DNA of 64,000 nt, taken from the NCBI RefSeq assembly GCF_009914755.1, contig NC_060934.1; one strand, 5' to 3'. Positions within the stretch are counted from its first letter, which is position 1. Every line of letters starts with the position of its first letter. Shown here one piece after another: positions 27,101-40,871 of this stretch. Position numbers and translations under genes: made by a program. The stretch comes from the human T2T-CHM13v2.0 reference genome, Homo sapiens. Below the pieces are notes generated by a model, which saw only the letters and a program-made list of their open reading frames with translations, was not told the DNA's origin and searched no databases.

Positions 27101-30100
27101 AATATCTTCGTATAAAAACTACACAGAATCATTCTCAACAACTACTTTGTGATGTGTGCGTTCAACCCACAGAGTTTAACCTTTCTTTTCATAGAGGAGT
27201 TTGGAAACACTCTGTTTGTAAAGCCTGCAAGTGCTTTTTTGGACTTCATTGAGGCCTTCGTTGGAAACGGGATTTCTTCATATAATGCTAGACAGAAGAA
27301 TTCTCAGTCACTTCTTTGTGTTGTGTGTATTCAAGTCACAGAGTTGAACCTTCCTTTAGACAGAGCAGTTTTGAAAAATTCTTTCTGTGGAATTTGCAAG
27401 TGGAGATTTCAAGCGATTTGAGGCTAATCTTTGAAATGGAAATATCTTCGTGTAAAAACTACACAGAATCATTCTCAGAAACTGCTTTGTCATCTGTGCG
27501 TTCAGTTCACAGAGTTTCACCTTTCTCTTCATAGAGCAGTTTGGAAAGACTCTGTCTGTAAAGTCTGCAAGTGATTAGTTAGACCCCTTTGAGGCCTTCT
27601 TTGGAAGCGGGATTTCTCATTTACTGCTAGACAGAAGAATTCTCAGTAAATCCTTTGTGTTGTGTGTATTCAACTCACAGAGTGGAACCTTCCTTTATTC
27701 AGAGCAGTTTTGAAAAACACTTTTTGTGGAATTTGCAAGTGGAGATTTCAGGCGATTTGACGCCAATCTTAGACATGGAAATATCTTCATATTAAAAGTA
27801 CACAGAGTCATTCGTAGAAACTAGTTTGTGATGTGTGCCTTCAACTCACAGAGTTTAACCTTTCTTTTCATAGAGCAGTTTGGAAACACTCTATTTGTAA
27901 AGTCTGCAAGTGGATATTTGGACCTCTTTGAGGCCTTCGTTGGAAACGGGATTTCTTCATACAACGCTAGACAGAAGAATTCTCAGTAACTTCTTTGTGC
28001 TGTGTGTATTCAACTCACAGAGTTGAACCTTTCTTTAGAGGGAGCAGAGGTGAAACAGTCTTTTTGTGGAATTTGCTAGTGTAGATTTCAAACGCTTCGA
28101 AGTCAGTGATAGAAAAGGATATATCTTCGTATTAAAAGTAGACAAAATCATTCTCAGAAAACTCTTTGTGATGTGTGTGTTCAACTCACAGAGTTTAACC
28201 TTTCTTTAATCGAGCAGTTTGGAAATACACTCTTTGTAAGTCTGCAGGTGGATATTTGGCCCTCTTTGAGCCCTTGGTTGGAAACGGGATTTCCTCTTAT
28301 AATGCTAGACAGAAGAATTCTCAGTAACTTCTCTGTGTTGTTTGTATTCAACACACAGATTTGAACCTTCCTTTAGAGAGAGCAGATTTGAAACACTCTG
28401 TTTTTGGAATTTGCAAGTGCAGATTTAAAGCGCTTCTAGGCCTATGGCAGAAAAGGAAATATCTTCGTATAAAAACTACACAGAATCATTCTCAACAACT
28501 ACTTTGTGATGTGTGCGTTCAACTCACAGAGTTTAACCTTTCTTTTCATAGAGCAGTTTGGAAACACTCTGTTTGTAAAGCCTGCAAGTGCTTTTTTGGA
28601 CTTCATTGAGGCCTTCGTTGGAAACGGGATTTCTTCATACAACGCTAGACAGAAGAATTCTCAGTAACTTCTTTGTGTTGTTTGTATTCAACTCACAGAG
28701 TTGAACCTTTCTTTAGAGAGAGCAGAGTTGAAACACTCTGTTTTTGGAATTTGCAAGTGCAGATTTCAAGCGAATCTAGGCCTATGGCAGAAAAGGAAAT
28801 ATCTTCGTATAAAAACTACACAGAATCATTCTCAACAACTACTTTGTGATGTGTGCGTTCAACTCACAGAGTTTAACCTTTCTTTTCATAGAGCAGTTTG
28901 GAAACACTCTGTTTGTAAAGCCTGCAAGTGCTTTTTTGGACTTCATTGAGGCCTTCGTTGGAAACGGGATTTCTTCATATAATGCTAGACAGAAGAATTC
29001 TCAGTCACTTCTTTGTGTTGTGTGTATTCAAGTCACAGAGTTGAACCTTCCTTTAGACAGAGCAGTTTTGAAAAATTCTTTCTGTGGAGTTTGCAAGTGG
29101 AGATTTCAAGCGATTTGAGGCTAATCTTTGAAATGGAAATATCTTCGTGTAAAAACTACACAGAATCATTCTCAGAAACTGCTTTGTCATCTGTGCGTTC
29201 AGTTCACAGAGTTTCACCTTTCTCTTCATAGAGCAGTTTGGAAAGACTCTGTCTGTAAAGTCTGCAAGTGATTAGTTAGACCCCTTTGAGGCCTTCGTTG
29301 GAAGCGGGATTTCTCATTTACTGCTAGACAGAAGAATTCTCAGTAAATCCTTTGTGTTGTGTGTATTCAACTCACAGAGTGGAACCTTCCTTTATTCAGA
29401 GCAGTTTTGAAACACTCTTTTTGTGGAATTTGCAAGTGGAGATTTCAAGCGATTTGACGCCAATCTTAGACATGGAAATATCTTCATATTAAAAGTACAC
29501 AGAGTCATTCGTAGAAACTAGTTTGTGATGTGTGCCTTCAACTCACAGAGTTTAACCTTTCTTTTCATAGAGCAGTTGGGAAACACTCTATTTGTAAAGT
29601 CTGCAAGTGGATATTTGGACCTCTTTGAGGCCTTCGTTGGAAACGGGATTTCTTCATATAACGCTAGACAGAAGAATTCTCAGTAACTTCTTTGTGTTGT
29701 GTGTATTCAACTCACAGAGTTGAACCTTTCTTTAGAGGGAGCAGAGGTGAAACACTCTTTTTGTGGAATTTGCTAGTGTAGATTTCAAACGCTTCGAAGA
29801 CAGTGATAGAAAAGGATATATCTTCGTATTAAAAGTAGACAAAATCATTCTCAGAAAACTCTTTGTGATGTGTGTGTTCAACTCACAGAGTTTAACCTTT
29901 CTTTAATCGAGCAGTTTGGAAATACACTCTTTGTAAGTCTGCAGGTGGATATTTGGCCCTCTTTGAGCCCTTCGTTGGAAACGGGATTTCCTCATATAAT
30001 GCTAGACAGAAGAATTCTCAGTAACTTCTTTGTGTTGTTTGTATTCAACACACAGATTTGAACCTTCCTTTAGAGAGAGCAGATTTGAAACACTCTGTTT

Positions 30101-31370
30101 TTGGAATTTGCAAGTGCAGATTTCAAGCGCTTCTAGGCCTATGGCAGAAAAGGAAATATCTTCGTATAAAAACTACACAGAATCATTCTCAACAACTACT
30201 TTGTGATGTGTGCGTTCAACTCACAGAGTTTAACCTTTCTTTTCATAGAGCAGTTTGGAAACACTCTGTTTGTAAAGCGTGCAAGTGCTTTTTTGGACTT
30301 CATTGAGGCCTTCGTTGGAAACGGGATTTCTTCATACAACGCTAGACAGAAGAATTCTCAGTAACTTCTTTGTGTTGTGTGTATTCAACTCACAGAGTTG
30401 AACCTTTCTTTAGAGAGAACAGAGTTGAAACACTCTGTTTTTGGAATTTGCAAGTGCAGATTTCAAGCGATTCTAGGCCTATGGCAGAAAAGGAAATATC
30501 TTCGTATAAAAACTACACAGAATCATTCTCAACAACTACTTTGTGATGTGTGCGTTCAACTCACAGAGTTTAACCTTTCTTTTCATAGAGCAGTTTGGAA
30601 ACACTCTGTTTGTAAAGACTGCAAGTGCTTTTTTGGACTTCATTGAGGCCTTCGTTGGAAACGGGATTTCTTCATATAATGCTAGACAGAAGAATTCTCA
30701 GTCACTTCTTTGTGTTGTGTGTATTCAAGTCACAGAGTTGAACCTTCCTTTAGACAGAGCAGTTTTGAAAAATTCTTTCTGTGGAATTTGCAAGTGGAGA
30801 TTTCAAGCGATTTGAGGCTAATCTTTGAAATGGAAATATCTTCGTGTAAAAACTACACAGAATCATTCTCAGAAACTGCTTTGTCATCTGTGCGTTCAGT
30901 TCACAGAGTTTCACCTTTCTCTTCATAGAGCAGTTTGGAAAGACTCTGTCTGTAAAGTCTGCAAGTGATTAGTTAGACCCCTTTGAGGCCTTCGTTGGAA
31001 GCGGTATTTCTCATTTACTGCTAGACAGAAGAATTCTCAGTAAATCCTTTGTGTTGTGTGTATTCAACTCACAGAGTGGAACCTTCCTTTATTCAGAGCA
31101 GTTTTGAAACACTCTTTTTGTGGAATTTGCAAGTGGAGATTTCAAGCGATTTGACGCCAATCTTAGACATGGAAATATCTTCATATTAAAAGTACACAGA
31201 GTCATTCGTAGAAACTAGTTTGTGATGTGTGCCTTCAACTCACAGAGTTTAACCTTTCTTTTCATAGAGCAGTTGGGAAACACTCTAGTTGTAAAGTCTG
31301 CAAGTGGATATTTGGACCTCTTTGAGGCCTTCGTTGGAAACGGGATTTCTTCATATAACGCTAGACAGAA
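21189..31370 (+). repeat. Six tandem 10-mer HORs (D-A-A'-B-C, 1697 bp) forming three 3394-bp super-units
   Basis: D starts at 21189, 22886, 24583, 26280, 27977, 29674 and 31371. SNP sets alternate between consecutive units. Confidence 0.92.
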
Positions 31371-34084
31371 GAATTCTCAGTAACTTCTTTGTGTTGTGTG
31401 TATTCAACTCACAGAGTTGAACCTTTCTTTAGAGGGAGCAGAGGTGAAACAGTCTTTTTGTGGAATTTGCTAGTGTAGATTTCAAACGCTTCGAAGTCAG
31501 TGATAGAAAAGGATATATCTTCGTATTAAAAGTAGACAAAATCATTCTCAGAAAACTCTTTGTGATGTGTGTGTTCAACTCACAGAGTTTAACCTTTCTT
31601 TAATCGAGCAGTTTGGAAATACACTCTTTGTAAGTCTGCAGGTGGATATTTGGCCCTCTTTGAGCCCTTCTTTGGAAACGGGATTTCCTCTTATAATGCT
31701 AGACAGAAGAATTCTCAGTAACTTCTCTGTGTTGTTTGTATTCAACACACAGATTTGAACCTTCCTTTAGAGAGAGCAGATTTGAAACACTCTGTTTTTG
31801 GAATTTGCAAGTGCAGATTTCAAGCGCTTCTAGGCCTATGGCAGAAAAGGAAATATCTTCGTATAAAAACTACACAGAATCATTCTCAACAACTACTTTG
31901 TGATGTGTGCGTTCAACTCACAGAGTTTAACCTTTCTTTTCATAGAGCAGTTTGGAAACACTCTGTTTGTAAAGCCTGCAAGTGCTTTTTTGGACTTCAT
32001 TGAGGCCTTCGTTGGAAACGGGATTTCTTCATACAACGCTAGACAGAAGAATTCTCAGTAACTTCTTTGTGTTGTGTGTATTCAACTCACAGAGTTGAAC
32101 CTTTCTTTAGAGAGAGCAGAGTTGAAACACTCTGTTTTTGGAATTTGCAAGTGCAGATTTCAAGCGATTCTAGGCCTATGGCAGAAAAGGAAATATCTTC
32201 GTATAAAAACTACACAGAATCATTCTCAACAACTACTTTGTGATGTGTGCGTTCAAGTCACAGAGTTTAACCTTTCTTTTCATAGAGCAGTTTGGAAACA
32301 CTCTGTTTGTAAAGCCTGCAAGTGCTTTTTTGGACTTCATTGAGGCCTTCTTTGGAAACGGGATTTCTTCATATAATGCTAGACAGAAGAATTCTCAGTC
32401 ACTTCTTTGTGTTGTGTGTATTCAAGTCAGAGAGTTGAACCTTCCTTTAGACAGAGCAGTTTTGAAAAATTCTTTCTGTGGAGTTTGCAAGTGGAGATTT
32501 CAAGAGATTTGAGGCTAATCTTTGAAATGGAAATATCTTCGTGTAAAAACTACACAGAATCATTCTCAGAAACTGCTTTGTCATCTGTGCGTTCAGTTCA
32601 CAGAGTTTCACCTTTCTCTTCATAGAGCAGTTTGGAAAGACTCTGTCTGTAAAGTCTGCAAGTGATTAGTTAGACCCCTTTGAGGCCTTCGTTGGAAGCG
32701 GGATTTCTCATTTACTGCTAGACAGAAGAATTCTCAGTAAATCCTTTGTGTTGTGTGTATTCAACTCACAGAGTGGAACCTTCCTTTATTCAGAGCAGTT
32801 TTGAAAAACACTTTTTGTGGAATTTGCAAGTGGAGATTTCAAGCGATTTGACGCCAATCTTAGACATGGAAATATCTTCATATTAAAAGTACACAGAGTC
32901 ATTCGTAGAAACTAGTTTGTGATGTGTGCCTTCAACTCACAGAGTTTAACCTTTCTTTTCACAGAGCAGTTTGGAAACACTCTATTTGTAAAGTCTGCAA
33001 GTGGATATTTGGACCTCTTTGAGGCCTTCGTTGGAAACGGGATTTCTTCATACAACGCTAGACAGAAGAATTCTCAGTAACTTCTTTGTGTTGTGTGTAT
33101 TCAACTCACAGAGTTGAACCTTTCTTTAGAGAGAGCAGAGTTGAAACACTCTGTTTTTGGAATTTGCAAGTGCAGATTTCAAGCGATTCTAGGCCTATGG
33201 CAGAAAAGGAAATATCTTCGTATAAAAACTACACAGAATCATTCTCAACAACTACTTTGTGATGTGTGCGTTCAACTCACAGAGTTTAACCTTTCTTTTC
33301 ATAGAGCAGTTTGGAAACACTCTGTTTGTAAAGCCTGCAAGTGCTTTTTTGGACTTCATTGAGGCCTTCGTTGGAAACGGGATTTCTTCATATAATGCTA
33401 GGCAGAAGAATTCTCAGTCACTTCTTTGTGTTGTGTGTATTCAAGTCACAGAGTTGAACCTTCCTTTAGACAGAGCAGTTTTGAAAAATTCTTTCTGTGG
33501 AGTTTGCAAGTGGAGATTTCAAGCGATTTGAGGCTAATCTTTGAAATGGAAATATCTTCGTGTAAAAACTACACAGAAGCATTCTCAGAAACTGCTTTGT
33601 CATCTGTGCGTTCAGTTCACAGAGTTTCACCTTTCTCTTCATAGAGCAGTTTGGAAAGACTCTGTCTGTAAAGTCTGCAAGTGATTAGTTAGACCCCTTT
33701 GAGGCCTTCGTTGGAAGCGGGATTTCTCATTTACTGCCAGACAGAAGAATTCTCAGTAAATCCTTTGTGTTGTGTGTATTCAACTCACAGACTGGAAACT
33801 TCCTTTATTCAGAGCAGTTTTGAAAAACACTTTTTGTGGAATTTGCAAGTGGAGATTTCAAGCGATTTGACGCCAATCTTAGACATGGAAATATCTTCAT
33901 ATTACAAGTACACAGTCATTCGTAGAAACTAGTTTGTGATGTGTGCCTTCAACTCACAGAGTTTAACCTTTCTTTTCATAGAGCAGTTTGGAAACACTCT
34001 ATTTGTAAAGTCTGCAAGTGGATATTTGGACCTCTTTGAGGTCTTCGTTGGAAACGGGATTTCTTCATATAACGCTAGACAGAA

Positions 34085-37000
34085 GAATTCTCAGTAACTT
34101 CTTTGTGTTGTGTGTATTCAACTCACCGAGTTGAACCTTTCTTTAGAGAGAGCAGAGTTGAAACACTCTTCTTGTGGAATTTGCTAGTGCAGATTTCAAA
34201 CGCTTCGAAGACAGTGATAGAAAAGGATATCTCTTCGTATTAAAACTAGACAAAATCATTCTCAGAAAACACTTTGTGATGTGTGTGTTCAACTCACAGA
34301 GTTTAACCTTTCTTTAATTGAGCAGTTTGGAAATACACTCTTTGTAAGTCTGCAGGTGGATATTTGGCCCTCTTTGAGCCCTTCGTTGGAAACGGGATTT
34401 CCTCATATAATGCTAGACAGAAGAATTCTCAGTAACTTCTTTGTGTTGTTTGTATTCAACTCACAGATTTGAACCTTCCTTTAGAGAGAGCAGATTTGAA
34501 ACACTCTGTTTTTGGAATTTGCAAGTGCAGATTTCAAGCGCTTCTAGGCCTATGGCAGAAAAGGAAATATCTTCGTATAAAAACTACACAGAATCATTCT
34601 CAACAACTACTTTGTGATGTGTGCGTTCAACTCACACAGTTTAACCTTTCTTTTCTTAGAGCAGTTTGGAAACACTCTGTTTGTAAAGCCTGCAAGTGCA
34701 TTTTTGGACTTCATTGAGGCCTTTGTTGGAAACGGGATTTCTTCATATAATGCTAGACAGAAGAATTCTCAGTCAGTTCTTTGTGTTGTGTGTATTCAAG
34801 TCACAGAGGTGAACCTTCTTTTAGACAGAGCAGTTTTGAAAAATTCTTTCTGTGGAATTTGCAATTGGAGATTTTAAGCGATTTGAGGCTAATCTTTGAA
34901 ATGGAAATATCTTCGTGTAAAAACTACACAGAATCATTCTCAGAAACTGCTTTGTTATCTGTGCGTTCAGTTCACAGAGTTTCACCTTTCTCTTCATAGA
35001 GCAGTTTGGAAAGACTCTGTCTGTAAAGTCTGCAAGTGATTAGTTAGACCCCTTTGAGGCCTTCGTTGGAAGCGGGATTTCTCATTTACTGCTAGACAGA
35101 AGAATTCTCAGTAAATCCTTTGTGTTGTGTGTATTCAACTCACAGAGTGGAACCTTCCTTTATTCAGAGCAGTTTTGAAAAACACTTTTTGTGGAATTTG
35201 CAAGTGGAGATTTCAAGCGATTTGACGCCAATCTTAGACATGGAAATATCTTCATATTAAAAGTACCAGAGTCATTCGTAGAAACTAGTTTGTGATGTGT
35301 GCCTTCAACTCACAGAGTTTAACCTTTCTTTTCATAGAGCAGTTTGGAAACACTCTGTTTGTAAAGTCTGCAAGTGGATATTTGGACCTCTTTGAGGCCT
35401 TCGTTGGAAACGGGATTTCTTCATACAACGCTAGACAGAAGAATTCTCAGTAACTTCTTTGTGTTGTGTGTATTCAACTCACAGAGTTGAACCTTTCTTT
35501 AGAGAGAGCAGAGTTGAAACACTCTGTTTTTAGAATTTGCAAGTGTAGATTTCAAGCGATTCTAGGCCTATGGCAGAAAAGGAAATATCTTCGTATAAAA
35601 ACTACACAGAATCATTCTCAACAACTACTTTGTGATGTGTGCGTTCAATTCACAAAGTTTAACCTTTCTTTTCATAGAGAAGTTTGGAAACACTCTGTTT
35701 GTAAAGCCTGCAAGTGCTTTTTTGGACTTCATTGAGGCCTTCGTTGGAAACGGGATTTCTTCATATAATGCTAGACAGAAGAATTCTCAGTAAATCCTTT
35801 GTGTTGTGTTTATTCAACTCACAGAGTGGAACCTTCCTTTATTCAGAGCAGTTTTCAAACACTCTTTTTGTGGAATTTGCAAGTGGAGATTTCAAGCGAT
35901 TTGACGCCAATCTTAGACATGGAAATATCTTCATATTAAAAGTACACAGAATCATTCGTAGAAACTAGTTTGTGATGTGTGCCTTCAACTCACAGAGTTT
36001 AACCTTTCTTTTCATAGAGCAGTTCGGAAACACTCTATTTGTAAAGTCTGCAAGTGGATATTTGGACCTCTTTGAGGCCTTCGTTGGAAAAGGGATTTCT
36101 TCATATAACGCTAGACAGAAGAATTCTCAGTAACTTCTTTGTGTTGTGTGTATTCAACTCACAGAGTTGAACCTTTCTTTAGAGAGAGCAGAGTTGAAAC
36201 ACTCTTTTTGTGGAATTTGCTAGTGCAGATTTCAAACACTTTGAAGACAGTGATAGCAAAGGATATATCTTCGTATTAAAACTAGACAAAATCATTCTCA
36301 GAAAACACTTTGTGATGTGTGTGTTCAACTCACAGAGTTTAACCTTTCTTTAATCGAGCAGTTTGGAAATACACTCTTTGTAAGTCTGCAGGTGGATAAT
36401 TGTCCCTCTTTGAGCCCTTCGTTGGAAACGGGATTTCCTCATATAATGCTAGACAGATGAATTCTCAGTAACTTCTTTGTGTTGTTTGTATTCAACTCAC
36501 AGATTCGAACCTTCCTTTAGAGAGAGCAGATTTGAAACACTCTGTTTTTGGAATTTGCAAGTGCAGATTTCAAGCGCTTCTAGGCCTATGGCAGAAAAGG
36601 AAATATCTTCGTATAAAAACTACACAGAATCATTCTCAACAACTCCTTTGTGATGTGTGCGTTCAACTCACAAAGTTTAACCTTTCTTTTCATAGAGCAG
36701 TTTGGAAACACTCTGTTTGTAAAGCGTGCAATTGCTTTTTTGGACTTCATTGAGGCCTTCGTTGGAAACGGGATTTCTTCATATAATGCTAGACAGAAGA
36801 ATTCTCAGTCACTTCTTTGTGTTGTGTGTATTCAAGTCACAGAGTTGAACCTTCCTTTAGACAGAGCAGTTTTGAAAAATTCTTTCTGTGGAGTTTGCAA
36901 GTGGAGATTTCAAGCGATTTGAGGCTAATCTTTGAAATGGAAATATCTTCATGTAAAAACTACACAGAAGCATTCTCAGAGACTGCTTTGTCATCTGTGC

Positions 37001-40000
37001 GTTCAGTTCACAGAGTTTCACCTTTCTCTTCATAGAGCAGTTTGGAAAGACTCTGTCTTTAAGGTCTGCAAGTGATTAGTTAGACCCCTTTGAGGCCATC
37101 GTTGGAAGCGGGATTTCTCATTTACTGCTAGACAGAAGAATTCTCAGTAAATCCTTTGTGTTGTGTGTATTCAACTCACAGAGTGGAACCTTCCTTTATT
37201 CAGAGCAATTTTGAAAAACACTTTTTGTGGAATTTGCAAGTGGAGATTTCAAACGATTTGACGCCAATCTTAGACATGGAAATATCTTCATATTAAAAGT
37301 ACACAGAGTCATTCGTAGAAACTAGTTTGTGATGTGTGCCTTCAACTCACAGAGTTTAACCTTTCTTTTCATAGAGCAGTTCGGAAACACTCTATTTGTA
37401 AAGTCTGCAAGTGGATATTTGGACCTCTTTGAGGTCTTCGTTGGAAACGGGATTTCTTCATATAACGCTAGACAGAAGAATTCTCAGTAACTTCTTTGTG
37501 TTGTGTGTATTCAACTCACCGAGTTGAACCTTTCTTTAGAGAGAGCAGAGTTGAAACACTCTTCTTGTGGAACTTGCTAGTGCAGATTTCAAACGCTTCG
37601 AAGACAGTGATAGAAAAGGATATATCTTTGTATTAAAACTAGACAAAATCATTCTCAGAAAACACTTTGTGATGTGTGTGTTCAACTCACAGAGTTTAAC
37701 CTTTCTTTAATTGAGCAGTTTGGAAATACACTCTTTGTAAGTCTGCAGGTGGATAATTGGCCCTCTTTGAGCCCTTCGTTGGAAACGGGATTTCCTCATA
37801 TAATGCTAGACAGAAGAATTCTCAGTAACTTCTTTGTGTTGTTTGTATTCAACTCACAGATTTGAACCTTCCTTTAGAGAGAGCAGATTTGAAACACTCT
37901 GTTTTTGGAATTTGCAAGTGCAGATTTCAAGCGCTTCTAGGCCTATGGCAGAAAAGGAAATATCTTCGTATAAATACTACACAGAATCATTCTCAACAAC
38001 TACTTTGTGATGTGTGCGTTCAACTCACACAGTTTAACCTTTCTTTTCTTAGAGCAGTTTGGAAACACTCTGTTTGTAAAGCCTGCAAGTGCATTTTTGG
38101 ACTTCATTGAGGCCTTTGTTGGAAACGGGATTTCTTCATATAATGCTAGACAGAAGAATTCTCAGTCAGTTCTTTGTGTTGTGTGTATTCAAGTCACAGA
38201 GGTGAACCTTCTTTTAGACAGAGCAGTTTTGAAAAATTCTTTCTGTGGAATTTGCAATTGGAGATTTTAAGCGATTTGAGGCTAATCTTTGAAATGGAAA
38301 TATCTTCGTGTAAAAACTACACAGAATCATTCTCAGAAACTGCTTTGTTATCTGTGCGTTCAGTTCACAGAGTTTCACCTTTCTCTTCATAGAGCAGTTT
38401 GGAAAGACTCTGTCTGTAAAGTCTGCAAGTGATTAGTTAGACCCCTTTGAGGCCTTCGTTGGAAGCGGGATTTCTCATTTACTGCTAGACAGAAGAATTC
38501 TCAGTAAATCCTTTGTGTTGTGTGTATTCAACTCACAGAGTGGAACCTTCCTTTATTCAGAGCAGTTTTGAAAAACACTTTTTGTGGAATTTGCAAGTGG
38601 AGATTTCAAGCGATTTGACGCCAATCTTAGACATGGAAATATCTTCATATTAAAAGTACACAGAGTCATTCGTAGAAACTAGTTTGTGATGTGTGCCTTC
38701 AACTCACAGAGTTTAACCTTTCTTTTCATAGAGCAGTTTGGAAACACTCTGTTTGTAAAGTCTGCAAGTGGATATTTGGACCTCTTTGAGGCCTTCGTTG
38801 GAAACGGGATTTCTTCATACAACGCTAGACAGAAGAATTCTCAGTAACTTCTTTGTGTTGTGTGTATTCAACTCACAGAGTTGAACCTTTCTTTAGAGAG
38901 AGCAGAGTTGAAACACTCTGTTTTTAGAATTTGCAAGTGTAGATTTCAAGCGATTCTAGGCCTATGGCAGAAAAGGAAATATCTTCGTATAAAAACTACA
39001 CAGAATCATTCTCAACAACTACTTTGTGATGTGTGCGTTCAATTCACAAAGTTTAACCTTTCTTTTCATAGAGAAGTTTGGAAACACTCTGTTTGTAAAG
39101 CCTGCAAGTGCTTTTTTGGACTTCATTGAGGCCTTCGTTGGAAACGGGATTTCTTCATATAATGCTAGACAGAAGAATTCTCAGTAAATCCTTTGTGTTG
39201 TGTTTATTCAACTCACAGAGTGGAACCTTCCTTTATTCAGAGCAGTTTTCAAACACTCTTTTTGTGGAATTTGCAAGTGGAGATTTCAAGCGATTTGACG
39301 CCAATCTTAGACATGGAAATATCTTCATATTAAAAGTACACAGAATCATTCGTAGAAACTAGTTTGTGATGTGTGCCTTCAACTCACAGAGTTTAACCTT
39401 TCTTTTCATAGAGCAGTTCGGAAACACTCTATTTGTAAAGTCTGCAAGTGGATATTTGGACCTCTTTGAGGCCTTCGTTGGAAAAGGGATTTCTTCATAT
39501 AACGCTAGACAGAAGAATTCTCAGTAACTTCTTTGTGTTGTGTGTATTCAACTCACAGAGTTGAACCTTTCTTTAGAGAGAGCAGAGTTGAAACACTCTT
39601 TTTGTGGAATTTGCTAGTGCAGATTTCAAACGCTTTGAAGACAGTGATAGCAAAGGATATATCTTCGTATTAAAACTAGACAAAATCATTCTCAGAAAAC
39701 ACTTTGTGATGTGTGTGTTCAACTCACAGAGTTTAACCTTTCTTTAATCGAGCAGTTTGGAAATACACTCTTTGTAAGTCTGCAGGTGGATAATTGTCCC
39801 TCTTTGAGCCCTTCGTTGGAAACGGGATTTCCTCATATAATGCTAGACAGATGAATTCTCAGTAACTTCTTTGTGTTGTTTGTATTCAACTCACAGATTC
39901 GAACCTTCCTTTAGAGAGAGCAGATTTGAAACACTCTGTTTTTGGAATTTGCAAGTGCAGATTTCAAGCGCTTCTAGGCCTATGGCAGAAAAGGAAATAT

Positions 40001-40871
40001 CTTCGTATAAAAACTACACAGAATCATTCTCAACAACTCCTTTGTGATGTGTGCGTTCAACTCACAAAGTTTAACCTTTCTTTTCATAGAGCAGTTTGGA
40101 AACACTCTGTTTGTAAAGCGTGCAATTGCTTTTTTGGACTTCATTGAGGCCTTCGTTGGAAACGGGATTTCTTCATATAATGCTAGACAGAAGAATTCTC
40201 AGTCACTTCTTTGTGTTGTGTGTATTCAAGTCACAGAGTTGAACCTTCCTTTAGACAGAGCAGTTTTGAAAAATTCTTTCTGTGGAGTTTGCAAGTGGAG
40301 ATTTCAAGCGATTTGAGGCTAATCTTTGAAATGGAAATATCTTCGTGTAAAAACTACACAGAAGCATTCTCAGAGACTGCTTTGTCATCTGTGCGTTCAG
40401 TTCACAGAGTTTCACCTTTCTCTTCATAGAGCAGTTTGGAAAGACTCTGTCTTTAAGGTCTGCAAGTGATTAGTTAGACCCCTTTGAGGCCATCGTTGGA
40501 AGCGGGATTTCTCATTTACTGCTAGACAGAAGAATTCTCAGTAAATCCTTTGTGTTGTGTGTATTCAACTCACAGAGTGGAACCTTCCTTTATTCAGAGC
40601 AGTTTTGAAACACTCTTTTTGTGGAATTTGCAAGTGGAGATTTCAAACGATTTGACGCCAATCTTAGACATGGAAATATCTTCATATTAAAAGTACACAG
40701 AGTCATTCGTAGAAACTAGTTTGTGATGTGTGCCTTCAACTCACAGAGTTTAACCTTTCTTTTCATAGAGCAGTTCGGAAACACTCTATTTGTAAAGTCT
40801 GCAAGTGGATATTTGGACCTCTTTGAGGTCTTCGTTGGAAACGGGATTTCTTCATATAACGCTAGACAGAA
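34085..40871 (+). repeat. Two tandem 20-mer super-HORs (12-mer D-A-B-C-A'-C plus 8-mer D-A-B-C; 3393-3394 bp)
   Basis: D starts at 34085, 36121, 37478, 39515 and 40872. Many private SNPs recur at +3394. Confidence 0.9.

Noticed and set aside
21189-31370. Assignment to the chr16 10-mer array D16Z2 because of the 1.7-kb period
   Set aside because: The 10-mer here is a derived variant containing two near-identical dimers (A and A') of an 8-mer, not ten distinct monomers.
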